Assembly (NCBI GenBank): GCA_000002445.1
Contig: CP000068.1
Coordinates: 1,472,001 to 1,536,000 of the forward strand
Reading direction: 5' to 3'
Origin: Trypanosoma brucei
Taxonomy: Eukaryota
DNA: 64,000 nt
The stretch's first letter is position 1. The number at the start of each line of letters is the position of its first letter. Shown here one piece after another: positions 37,935 through 48,763 of the stretch. The position numbers and the translations under genes are program-made. Below the pieces are notes generated by a model, which saw only the letters and a list, made by a program, of their open reading frames with translations, was not told the DNA's origin and searched no databases.

Positions 37935-39386
37935 ATTTTAAAAATTGCTTGCTGTGGTGTTTGTTTTTCTATCTTTATCTTCTTGTTTTGCTTTTTCTAG
38001 TTTCTTTTACCTCCTTTTTCAACTCGCACTCTTTTCTTGTTCGTTAAAAGTGCATCCCTTGGCTTCTAGAGCTTTACATTTATCTTCGCTGTTCCCTGCT
38101 TCATTGCATTCTTTTTCCTTGTCTTGCACGCTTGTAACTTTGCGCTGAGAATTTTCCATTGCCTTTTGTAATTCCTTTTCCTTTGCGGCTAGTGCCAGAA
38201 CTCTTTGTCCTTGATAGTACGTCAACATCTTTCGTAAGTGATTAATGTCCTTTATCTGGCTTAGTTTTTCGTTCTGACTGAGGCTGGGTTTGTATGTGTT
38301 TCTATCAATTGTAACAGTGTTCATGTTCTCCCGCACTTTATATGAATCCAGATGTTTGCCTGCTGCATACAGTTCTTCTGCTTTCTGGTTGACTTTGGTA
38401 TCATCAGCTGGCATGTATTTGGAGGTGTCTTTTAGTACATAAGTTTTTGTCGCTTGTTTGGCCGCCTCGCTCGCCAGTATTGTCTCTTTTGTCGGTTTGG
38501 CCCTTTCCGTCGTTTGCATCAAAGCATTGGCTTCCGCTGCCGCCACTGCATTTCGCGCTTTGATCCAGGGATCGATGTTGACGTCAGCCTGGTTTGCAGC
38601 ATAGGTAGGTATCGCTCGCCCGCCGAGGTTGGCGCCACCAGCGGGTAGGTAGAAATAGCCTCCAGCATCGGGTTTGTCGGCTGCTGTGCTGCCAGTGTCT
38701 AGGATGCCGTTGCCTGTGTGTCCCTTCGTTAGCGCGCACGAAACGCTGCCACCGGCTTTTGTTAGTCCGGTTGCTTCTGCTGTTGTCTTTGTAGTCCCAA
38801 AGAGTTTGTCTTTCTTGTAATTGAAGCCGGTATCCGGCGGTGTTGTTTCGCTTGCCAAGTCTAATCCGCATTGCCCAATGGTTGCAGCTCCTTGCTGTGC
38901 TGCAGTCGCTGCGTTGTGTAGACAGCCGTCAGTTCCGGTCGCCGCGTAAGAGGATGCCGCAACTTTTAAAAACTATGCGACATATCCGCTTAAGAATGCC
39001 ACCCGAGTTGCTGCCGAAACTGCTGATTTGACTGCGGTCTCTATCTCATCGCCGGCCAGATCTGGTTGTTCGCTGACGGCCACCAGTATGGGATAAACCT
39101 TTGCTGCATCGTGTGGTTGTGACCTTTCTATTAAGATTCTAAGCTGGTATTCTTGAACTTGGTTTTTGGCCGCTGTTGCTGCCCCGGTTGCTAGTTTGCC
39201 TTCAAAGTGCTTGGGGTAGCCGGCCTGGTTCTTTCCGATCTTACAAAGTGGTGTCCAGGCCGCGTTGTCTATTGCATTCCCAGCGTCTGCATCGCTGTAT
39301 AGCACAATTAGATGCATAGCTGCTATTTGAATTATAGTTTTGGTTATAGTTGGAATGCTGTGCTGACGGTGCTGGTTGCCTATCAT
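37935..39386 (-). pseudogene. VSG: VSG pseudogene with a C-terminal-domain frameshift and a second break between 38858 and 38973.
   Basis: ORF 38973-39386 has a B-type N-terminus ('...AAWTPLCKIGKNQAG...'). ORF 38019-38858 ends '...CKALEAKGCTFNEQEKSAS*' inside the C-terminal domain. The remaining C-terminus and GPI signal are out of frame at 37935-38020. Confidence 0.78.
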
Positions 39387-39829
39387 TTGAAATGAAAGCA
39401 GGATGCAGTTTGGGTTTTGATTTTTTTTGAGGAAAAAAGAGCCAGCTGAATTTATGGGGCGCTTTTAGGCTTCACTTTTTCCTGCTGTTATGTCTTCAAA
39501 GCCTAGTTATACTGCAGTTTTATTAAATCACCAACAGACCTCTCTGTTTTTTCCTGCTTCTTATACAGATTATCTTTGGTGTAACTCTTACGCTTTCTTT
39601 TTTTTTAAGTTCTCACTACAACATCCAACCTTTTAAAACATTCCAGTCCATCTTTACTCTATTTACATAAAAAAACCTTTTTACCCAGCCTATTTCACCA
39701 TGGAAAAACTCCACGTTCATTTTACGAACGGTTGCAGTTGCAAGTCAGACTTTAACATAATTTTCCGCCATAAGATTAATAAACAAAGCCCAACCTACAA
39801 ACTCTTTAGCATCGTTTATTAATCTTTGT

Positions 39830-40185
39830 ATGAAATATGGGGTATCATCTAAACCTTATCCTGATGTATTCTCTTCCTTTACGGCTTTTCCAGATGCTTC
39901 TGCGTATAACGTGGCGAAGCCATTTGGTTTTTACACTAGACTATTTCATTTCATGACTGCCCCTTCTATTATCTCCTTGTTTATGATAATGACCATCTTC
40001 ATATTTGAGGTAGAAGCTGTGTACATTTCACTTCTATCTCTTCCCTTTTATCTTTCAAAGTCTCTTTGCGTAATATTCCTCCTGTTCCACAACACACTCA
40101 TACCACCTTACTTACTCCACTGTGCTCTTATCGGCGTTTCGGTGCTTATATTTTCTTTTCCATCCATTTACTCTTCACAACCCTT
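39830..40185. repeat. Conserved cassette element distal to the 70-bp repeat.
   Basis: It has 'gccatttggtttttacactagact' and 'ttatgataatgaccatc'. Confidence 0.5.
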
Positions 40186-40187
40186 AT

Positions 40188-40262
40188 TATAATATTTGTA
40201 TATGCACACTTACAACACTCTCCTATCATTAACGTTACAACAGTAATTAATATTAACAAACC
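40188..40262 (-). repeat. Single 70-bp repeat.
   Basis: 'tataatatttgtatatgcacacttacaacactctcctatcattaacgttacaacagtaattaatat'. Confidence 0.65.
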
Positions 40263-40402
40263 AAATTATAAAATTTCATGATAGCACTAGCTGTTCATGC
40301 CTTACTACAATACTACTTTACACCCATAGGTCACTTTCAAACAAAAATTCGTATTTTCTAGTGTGCTAAGGTCTGCATATTTTTAAATGTTTTTATCATA
40401 AA

Positions 40403-40418
40403 GTGTTAAAATATATCA
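40403..40418 (-). promoter_or_regulatory. VSG 3'UTR 16-mer, a perfect match.
   Basis: 'gtgttaaaatatatca' is the reverse complement of TGATATATTTTAACAC, the element known to be required for VSG mRNA stability. Confidence 0.7.
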
Positions 40419-40504
40419 AATGTTAAAAAGTTTCTCTAAAAAGAAAGTTTTCATAAGATTAACAAAACATTTTTAAAATTCACAAATTACAACCAACTCA
40501 CAGA

Positions 40505-42000
40505 AGAAGCAGCATACTCAGAACCAAGTTCTTATTGACCAGAAAACTGAAAGATCGGCAGTCGGACTTGAGAAGTTTGCCTGTACCATCAACAAAATCA
40601 ATCCATCCGCATACTGCTTACTTAACCGGTTTTACACCCTTGTTTTTAGCTTCACAGGCTTGCTGGGTTTGGTGTTTACCGCAACCTACATCTGTACTTG
40701 TCTCCCCTGTTCCTGCTGCTGTATTTTCTGTTCCTGGTTTAGGTGTGCATCCCTTTTCTTTGTCATAGTCGCAGTGAGCTTCTGGGCATTCTTCTGCAGT
40801 TGTGTTTGTCGTTTTGCATTTAGTCTGTTCCTATACTGACTTTGCCTGGCTTGGGTCTTGGCCTTGATGTATGCTTATCGCCAGGGCTGAGGTCGATGCA
40901 TGTTTGATGCTAGCCTTTGCTTTTTGTACTGTTTCTTTAATTTGAGTTAGTATTCCTCCGCCGCTGTTTTCTCGTTTTCCATGTCTTCTAGCGTCACCGC
41001 CATATCTGTCAAGTCGTGAACCCACTTGACTTTTTTGTAGGACTTGTTCCGCGTTCGTGCTGAAATTTGGAAATTTCACGCAGACACCGCTGCCACTGCT
41101 GCCGTTGCAGTCACTGCTGACGAAGGTGCCGAGGTAACCGTCGCTTGATTCGACGTGAGTTAATTTTGTGACTGCTTCAACGCGGCTTGAAAGTTCATGG
41201 TGGGTTATTTTTGTTCATTTCACGTCGGAGCAGCTTCCTGCGATCGTTTTGAGTTTGCCGTCGGTGGGGTTAGTGTTCTGGCCGGCGGCCCCTGCTTCCC
41301 ATGCCGTCCCGCCGTTAGTCCCTTTGTTGCATAGCCATGCCAGCTTTTCCAGGGATGCGGCTGCTTTTGATTGTCCATCTCCCGCTGTACAGAGGGCTTC
41401 GCGGTTGCCTGTGCTTGCGCCGCCAAAAACAGCGTTGCGCGCCGGGTTAGGTGAGTGTTTTGTGGCTGAACTGTGGATCGCAGTGTTTAGCGTCTTCGCC
41501 AATTCCTGATTTTTTATGGTTTTAGTTGGCCTAGTGTCTGTTGAGTACAGTTTCCATAGGACTTGGATCTCTGACGCTGCATCACTTAGAGCTTTTCGAC
41601 CAATTATGAGCCGTTGCTCGCTTAGTTCCATCGCACCACTTGCTTTAACTTTCTCCTTCATTGGATCGGTTGTTACTGCTTGTATGGCTTTCTTCCAGTC
41701 GTTCCAAAAGCCCTCATAGCCTAGAATTGTTTTCTGTGCTTCTTTTGGGGAGTCTTAAGCTGCTTAACTGTCTGTTCCCTTGTAAAATATTGATTGCCAT
41801 GCAGGTGTTGACACTGAGAAATTCAAGGCTTGTATGAACTGGTAGTCGTCGTCTGTTAGTAGTAGTATCACTGGTATCTCGATCTCTGAGTCTGTTAGCG
41901 CGATAATGTTACAAATGGCCGCCTTCCCTGCTCGGTTCGCGCCTCCGACTATGTCTGCTGCTTGCTTCGATCTCAGACAGCAATTCATCAGCCCCATTCG
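40505..42000 (-). pseudogene. VSG: VSG pseudogene with multiple frameshifts.
   Basis: ORFs 41764-41997 (N-terminus '...AAICNIIALTDSE...'), 41215-41661 and 40831-41079 are VSG fragments in different frames. A C-terminal 'SFLVNKNLVLSMLLLL'-type tail is encoded at about 40505-40560. Confidence 0.75.
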
Positions 42001-42129
42001 GTTATTTTCGACTTTATTGCTTTCTATGGTTATGAGATGAGAAGAAAAGTAAGCGTTGTCGCGGGTCGTTCTTTCTCTAGAAGGAAATAGTTTGGAGTGG
42101 TTAAAATATCGCGCTTACTGTGTGAAATA

Positions 42130-43260
42130 TCAACAGTTGTATTCGTACAGAAAGGTTTTTCGGGGCTGCGTAGTCGGCTTAGTGGTGAGTGGTGTTGGCG
42201 GTCTGTTGATAGTCATGTTCAACCACGCGCACTCCTCCTCTGTAACGTGGTGAAAAACAATAACGTTAGGATTTTTTTCTACAAATTTGTCGAGCGGCCT
42301 TTTTACATGCATCACATAATGACAATCTTGCATATCCACTGTCAACAAACCATCAATTTTCATTTTATGCCTTAATACCTCCCCCACCATAATATTCTCG
42401 TTCAATACGGCATATTCAATATATTTCTCAAAGTTTAGAAAACTCACTCTGCCGGATAAAAGTTTGGAAATTTCCGAGAAGCCAGCTATTTCTTTTACAA
42501 CATCCCTTGAAATTGTATTTGCATACCCAACAACATACCACGTCAGTTTTCCAATATACTCGCCAAATTTACCCAACGCTCTTCCCATATTCAATTTCTC
42601 TCTTGGAAAAACCTCCAGATATTTTATATGCAGCGCCACCCTCATAAAAATATTATCATCTGCCTTCATAATATAAGGATTAGTTGGATTAAATATTTTA
42701 ACTGCGAATTTGAACCACAGATATGTTTTTCTACTCATCGTGAGTTCTGCTTCCCATCCCCAATTGCCCGCATCTCCAACTTTTTAATTTGTTGTTAGAT
42801 TCACATCGCAAACAGGTAAAATAATAATATCCTTATTTAACTCTGCCTCTTCTTCAGCGATTACTCTGAGCTCGCAATTGTTATTTGTATGAGGTAAAAG
42901 GGTATATACTACAGACAACTTCCCAGTAAAATTATTTACCTTCCTTGCCACTTTATGGAGACTCCAACAAGCTTCTTTCTGCAAGTTTCTCCTTATAAAT
43001 CTTTCATCATTATCTATTGAGGGTATTCCAGCTATAACCAAATAATCTTCAGTTTTCCAAATCCCCCTTACATCCTTAGAAACAAATTTCATATACTCAT
43101 CCTCAACAATTTCTAGTGAAATAGATTCACCATCACTAGACAAGCTGTATAGTGATCCACACAAACTGATGCCCATAACAATAAAAGATAAATAACCTAC
43201 TGTTGCATAAATACATATTTTATACCTTATAACTTACCATTATCATACTAATGAAAACTT
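42130..43260 (-). pseudogene. Glycosyltransferase pseudogene (UDP-Gal/UDP-GlcNAc-dependent, GT31/GT67-like family). It is frameshifted and its N-terminus is disrupted.
   Basis: ORF 42784-43176 has '...LVIAGIPSIDNDERFIRRNLQKEACW...', which resembles the galactosyltransferase N-terminal motif. ORF 42130-42738 has 'YLWFKFAVKIF...YIMKADDNIFMRV...', a DxD-type motif region. The two are in different frames. A TM-like 'YLSFIVMGISLCGSLYSL' follows a stop. Confidence 0.55.
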
Positions 43261-44074
43261 CGAACATCGTATGAAATCATAGAAGATATTAATATAATAT
43301 GTGAGCTTCATCATGACCTGAAATTGTTTGCGTCAACTTTCCAGTTTTAATTGTAATATATTTTGCTATTTGTCTACTTTTATTGCATATATCGTTTATG
43401 ATTGTTGTGTTATTCTAATGCAGCCCAGCTCCAGCTGCATGAATGCATCATAAGCAAAGATGTAACTCTAACTTTTCACCAGGAGTAATAACCTTGATTT
43501 CTTTTCACGTTATCATGCTTTATATTAGGCCGTTTTATCTTATTGCTCAAACTGTTTGACCCTCAAATAACTCTTTTGTTCTGTATTTTTTCGCTGCGCT
43601 TCGCAAGTATCGGGTCAGTGACCACTCTCTATATGAACTATTTGCTCCTTGAGAGGTCTTAGTGTGTGGAAAGTATACCAGTATGGAATTGGAGGAGTAT
43701 CGGCATTGATTCTATTCACTCCAGAGAGGTTTCACATCGGTTCATGTGCGTACTATTTCAAGTAGTTTCCGTGTTTTTCATCTTTTTTTTCCACAGTAAT
43801 ATATTAGTTGTCCTAGTTTTAAGATCTTTTTCTTGCATATTGTTTTATTTTTTCGCACAGATGTTGACCATATTTAATACATCTGATAAAAAAACGACTT
43901 CGACATCACTTCTCATTTAACCAATTTATTACTGCTTTTTTTCTTCAAAGATAAACAATAAGATTCTCCATAAGATTAAAAACCACAATAAGTTCCATTT
44001 TCGCAGTAGAAAGAATTAGAGTTTACTGCGAAATACGTGGAATTATCTCCTCTCGTATCATTTTCTTTTTTACC

Positions 44075-44400
44075 ATGCGTTTTTATATCCAGTTGCTACA
44101 CTATATTTTCTTTGCTTCTTTTTCGTGTTATGTACCTGTTTCTGTGCCTGAAATGGTAATTCCATTTGGTTCGCACACTGTACTTTGTCTTTCCCTCATA
44201 TGCTCCTCCATCATCTCCTTCGCATACGTTGATGATTCCCATTGTTGTGTTTGTGTTAGAAACTTAGTATATTCCATATTTCTCTCTGTGTTACCTCTAG
44301 AGACGCATTTAACACTTTTATCTTACCTGTTTGCTACTATTAAGCTTTTTCCATTGTGACAATTGTCTCTATGTTGTCCCTCAATTGATTCTTTACCACT
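44075..44400. repeat. Conserved cassette element distal to the 70-bp repeat.
   Basis: It has 'tccatttggttcgcacactgtacttt'. Confidence 0.5.
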
Positions 44401-44497
44401 TGTCTCATTATAATATTCGTATACACACTCACAACACTCTCCTATCATTATTATTATCATCATCATCAATATTTACTATTACTATATTATAATTTCC
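44400..44497 (-). repeat. Single 70-bp repeat.
   Basis: 'cattataatattcgtatacacactcacaacactctcctatcattattattatcatcatcatc'. Confidence 0.75.
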
Positions 44498-44718
44498 TAC
44501 AGCATCTGTAAAATCAACAAAATAGCAAAATATTTCAAAATATATTTAATTTGGACACCATATTACCAGCTCCTTTTCACTAATAGGCTACTTCCGTTAA
44601 AAAATTAAGAATTTCCAAAATCTTAAACATTTCGCAAAAGTTGAACAAAAACTGTCAAATTTCATAAATTTCACAAATTTTATGAATTTTACAAATATTC
44701 TTAGAATTCTCACAGTCC

Positions 44719-44875
44719 CTATAATTTTCTGAAATTCACAAAAGCAGAAACAATAAGAGCCAATTTCTTATTGACGAGGAAACTGAAATCTTTGCATTCT
44801 GTTCCTTCCCATTTGCAGTTTCCATTCTTTCTCCAATCAGCTGCTTTTTTAAATCCTTCGCATTCTTTGTTGGGG
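44719..44875 (-). pseudogene. VSG: VSG 3' stub, the last ~50 codons of the C-terminal domain plus the GPI signal.
   Basis: It encodes '...PNKECEGFKKAADWRKNGNCKWEGTECKDFSFLVNKKLALIVSAFVNF'. Unrelated GC-rich/A-rich sequence abuts its 5' side. Confidence 0.75.
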
Positions 44876-44884
44876 GATCGTGGC

Positions 44885-45740
44885 TGAAGCTGCATAAGCT
44901 TTGCCGGCTCTATAATGGTGCTCGCCACATCGGCGATGCTCCGGCGGGTGGAGTAAAAAATCTTTTATATCCGCCGTAGCGGAGCCTCCGGCTGATGCAA
45001 CCGAAAAAAAGAACAAAAAATGAATTCCAAAAATTTCAAAGGTTAAAAAAGGCCATAAAATGGGGAAAAACGCGGAAGCGAAAAAAAAACGGTAAAAAAC
45101 AAAAAATGATTTAAAGTAACGAAAAAAAATGTCGCCGTGGGGGCTAATAAAAAAATTACAAAACTCAAAAAAATTTTAAATTGAATGTGTAACAAAAAAA
45201 TGATTAAAAAATGGTGAAGTAAAAAACATTGAAATTCAAATTAAAAAACTCGAAATGTTTTTTAAAAATCAAGAATGTTAAAAAATTTTAACACTAAAAA
45301 AAATAAAATCAATAACAAAATTGAAAGCCGCTTGTAGAAAAGCCAAGACAAAAAACAAAAAAAACTCGATGACACAAGATATAAACAGCCAAAAAAACCG
45401 TAGAAATTTGTCAAAAAGAGGGGGGAATTGAGTCGGTGGCGTTGGTGAAAAAAAATGTCAAAAGTGTAAAAATCAAAAATTTCTCGAAAAGGAACACAAA
45501 AAAGAAAAATTAAACGCCGCTGCTAAGCTGCAGACTCATAGGGGTTAGGGTGCGCATAACAAAGCAGCCGTCGCTTCATTAAAATTTTGAAAAAGATCTA
45601 AAGCCGCGCTGTTTCGCTGCTAGAAAAAAAAATATTAGTATCAGGGGAAATAAACATAACCCTAAGCCTGGAAACCCTCCCTAATCTACCTACCAACTTC
45701 GTACCTCCCTACCCACCTCCTCTCCTGCCTCGCTGCACAA
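44885..45740. repeat. A-rich low-complexity block with GC-rich islands, ending in a degenerate telomere-hexamer tract (CCCTAA-like on +, about 45655-45735). It is paralogous to 54235-55325.
   Basis: Long A runs are interrupted by short GC words. It shares 'ggggttagggtgcgcataacaaagcagccg' with 'gggttagggtccgcataacaaaagagccgg' at 54950. The tract 'aaccctaagcctggaaaccctccctaatctacctacc...' lies immediately downstream (VSG sense) of the 3'UTR of VSG 45925-47543. Confidence 0.6.
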
Positions 45741-45841
45741 AAAATTCAAAAAGAAAAAAATGGAAAATATTCTTTTATTTGTTAGAAAAAAATTTACAGA
45801 ATCAGAAACTTACTACCAGCTAACACATACAATATCCTCGA

Positions 45842-45857
45842 CTGATTTTAGGTGTTA
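45842..45857 (-). promoter_or_regulatory. VSG 3'UTR 16-mer, a perfect match.
   Basis: 'gtgttaaaatatatca'. Confidence 0.7.
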
Positions 45858-45924
45858 AAATATATCAAATAGCAAGAATTTATCAAAAATTTTTTTAATA
45901 AAAAGAGAGGGGAAAAATTTGTTT

Positions 45925-47543
45925 TAGAAAAGCAAGGCCACAAAGGCAGCAGAAACCACGCTGAGGACGAATTGATTGTTTACTAGAAAACTGTAATCAT
46001 GGCATTTATAACCTGATTTGTCAGATCCATCAGTATTTTCTCCTTTCCAGCCACAAACTTTGGTAGTCTTACCTTCATTGGCCTTCTCACAGGTCGCCTG
46101 GTCTTTATGATCGGAGCATTTTACACCCTCGTCAGTTGATCCTGCAGTTTGAGTTTAGGTTACAGGGACGCCGTTTTTAGTGGCTTTGGTGGCATTGTAT
46201 TTCCACTTCTTATCTGTACTCTCTGTTTCATCATAAGTACAGAAATCCTTGGAATCGCAGGCATTTTTGTCCGCGTGGTGTGCTGCACACTCTTTCTGAG
46301 TCTGTGAGATTCTGTCGTCGGTTACTGACTTTGTTGCAAAATTTTTAATTTTGTCTTGCTGTTCAAGTAGCTCAAATGCCGCTTTTGCTTGGTAGTGAAG
46401 GAGTATTAACTCCAATTGCTTGGTATTAGTCTGAGAAATTAGCTTTGGGTCTTCTTGAGCTGTTGGGCTTACCAGCTCTTTGGGAATCGTCGCTGCTTGC
46501 ATCTCCTTCCATACTTTTTTGAGGCTGAGGTCTTTGTCGGTGGCGTAATGGTCTTTGATGGCGGCGTCTACCGTTGTTTGGTCTGTTTTCGCGTCGTAAT
46601 GTCCTGCTTGTTTTAAGAAAAAAATTTTGACGGCTCTTTTGAACTCTGTGGATGTCGTTATATCGGCGCTGTCTGGGTCGATCTTTTTTGCGGCAGTTAA
46701 AAGGCCGCTTGTTCTCCAGTTGTTCTGCGCGACCTGCGCTGCGTGCATGTCTTTTGGTGTCGTCCCTGCGTCTGCGGCGTCGAACGTCCCGAAGGGTGCG
46801 TGTTTGATCGAGTCGTCGCTTTGTATTAGTGTCAGGTACCCGGCTGCCATGGTTATATCCTTGTGGTTGCCGGCTGTTTCTACGAGACTGCCTGCCGCGG
46901 TTTTAAAGATGTTGCATGTGGGCGTGCCGGCCATCCGGGCCGCTGCTGAATGGTCGCTTGTGCTTGGTTTAAATAGCTTGTCTGGGTCGCCGCTATATGT
47001 TTTTGGATGTACTTTGCCTGTTGTGTCGGTTGCTAGTGCACATTGCGCCAGTGTGGTTGCCCCTTCTACTGTTGTTGTGCCTGCGATTTTCTCCAGGCAG
47101 CCGTGTGTGCCTGAGGTTGAGTAGCTGTCCGCTGCGATCGAGATGAATTCGGCTAGGCGTCCCCTTACGAAAGAAGTAGCTTGCGCTGCTGCCGGTGCCA
47201 TTTTAACGCCTTGAGTGGTTGTGTCAGTTGGCATTGCCGTTTTGGCCGCTATGCCCGCTATTAGTGGTAAAAGCTTCAGCCTCTTGGCCGGTTCCGCCTG
47301 GGAGGCGTAAATGCTTAGTTGAAGAGCGAGCTTTCGATTGTCTTCACTGTTTTCTAAGCTCTGCGCTAGGCTCTGTGACTGTTCGTTGAAGACCGCTGCT
47401 AGATTCGTTGTCATCTCACATATGGGCGTCCAAGTGCCGTGCGTTAACGCCTTGCCCGCGTTTCCGGTCGCCAGCGCTGATTGCACGAGCACGGATAACG
47501 CCATAAGGCCTAGCCGTAAGGTGAACTCTTGCTTACTTAGCAT
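45925..47543 (-). pseudogene. VSG: VSG, full length and co-linear, but with one in-frame TAA (at 46155-46157) about 66 codons before the natural stop.
   Basis: The 462-aa ORF has a B-type N-terminus 'HGTWTPICEMTTNLAAV'. After the TAA the same frame continues '*TQTAGSTDEGVKCSDHKDQATCEKANEGKTTKVCGWKGENTDGSDKSGYKCHDYSFLVNNQFVLSVVSAAFVALLF*'. Confidence 0.8.
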
Positions 47544-48179
47544 CGTTTGTATCTAGATGTTATACACTTGAAGTATTGTTGGGTCTGTCTGAATGGGTTG
47601 TAAGCTTCCACTTGCTTGGCAGTAGCCTTTTGGTCTCGCGTGTATTAAAGGATTCGAAGTTATGGTGCACACCTTTGGTTTGCACCGTTACTTCTGCTGT
47701 TTGATGATTTCCTTTTGGTTTTGCTGTGCCGAAAGAAACTCAATTCTTTTTTCAATGGAAACACCTTCAAAGCCGCTATTACCCTTACGCCTCCACTAGC
47801 TCCTTTGCCAAAAACCTCTCTACAATGCATATCATAACATTAAGGAAAAAATATAAAAAGAACCTGCTTCCAACACCACATCCCGCATTTCTGCCTTGGA
47901 ACCTATGTTTGCCTACTGCCATAACATTCAAAATGGAACGTTGATTCTATAAAACTACGCCCGTGGCCTTACGTTTTGTTAGCTGGATCAGACACCACAT
48001 TAAAACCACAAATGGTTCTATATCCGCTATTATATTTACCAATTATAAAGTAAAACAAGAAAATAATTATAGTATTTTCCTCTACTATTGAATTATTTTC
48101 ATTTGCATTGTCTGGTATTCTGTTATTTTACTCCGTATTTTTTTCTTTTTGTGTTTCCTCAACTGCAGATAGAATAGCG

Positions 48180-48395
48180 ACTGAATTTGGCTTACACACT
48201 GGGCTCTTTATCTACCTTATATTTCCTTTAAAACCATTTTGTATGGTGATGTAGATTCATTTATTTTCGAAACTGCACACATAACATACCCATCTCTCTC
48301 GCTGTCCCTACTCCTTTCCCTCGTTTACTCCTATTGCGTCTTTGATATTCTGTCAACTGCTTCTCCTTTAGCTGTGCATTTAGTCTTCCACACAA
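48180..48395. repeat. Conserved cassette element distal to the 70-bp repeat.
   Basis: It has 'tttggcttacacactgggctcttt' and 'ttagctgtgcatttagtcttcc'. Confidence 0.5.
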
Positions 48396-48548
48396 TTTTA
48401 GTATACACACTCACAACACTCTCTTATCATTATCATGATTATTATTATTATTTGTGTTGTTATTACAGCTCTCATTAATATATTAGTATATACACACGCG
48501 CAACACACTCCTATAATTTTTATAATATTTATTCACTGATATTGTTGT
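48395..48548 (-). repeat. 70-bp repeats, about two divergent units.
   Basis: 'tatacacactcacaacactctcttatcattatcatgattattattattatt...attaatatattagtatatacacacgcgcaacacactcc'. Confidence 0.7.
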
Positions 48549-48763
48549 TATAACCGTAATTAATATTCATAAAATAAGTTAAGTTAGTTTTTTTATAATA
48601 TCATTCATTTTTAATACCCTGTCACTTTACTTCTACTTTGGAACCGTAGGCTATTACCATACACAATTTAAAAATTTCATTTTTTTTAAAAATTTGTACA
48701 TTTTCATCGAAAAGTTTTAAAGTGTATTTTAAATTATACAAAATTTTATAGGTTTCATGGATT

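Noticed and set aside
45640-45740. Possibility that the CCCTAA tracts (45655-45735, 54700-54775, 55205-55320) mark a real chromosome end or contig join
   Set aside because: The tracts are short (at most ~20 hexamers), highly degenerate, and flanked on both sides by unique array sequence. They are interstitial telomere-like repeats, not a terminal telomere.
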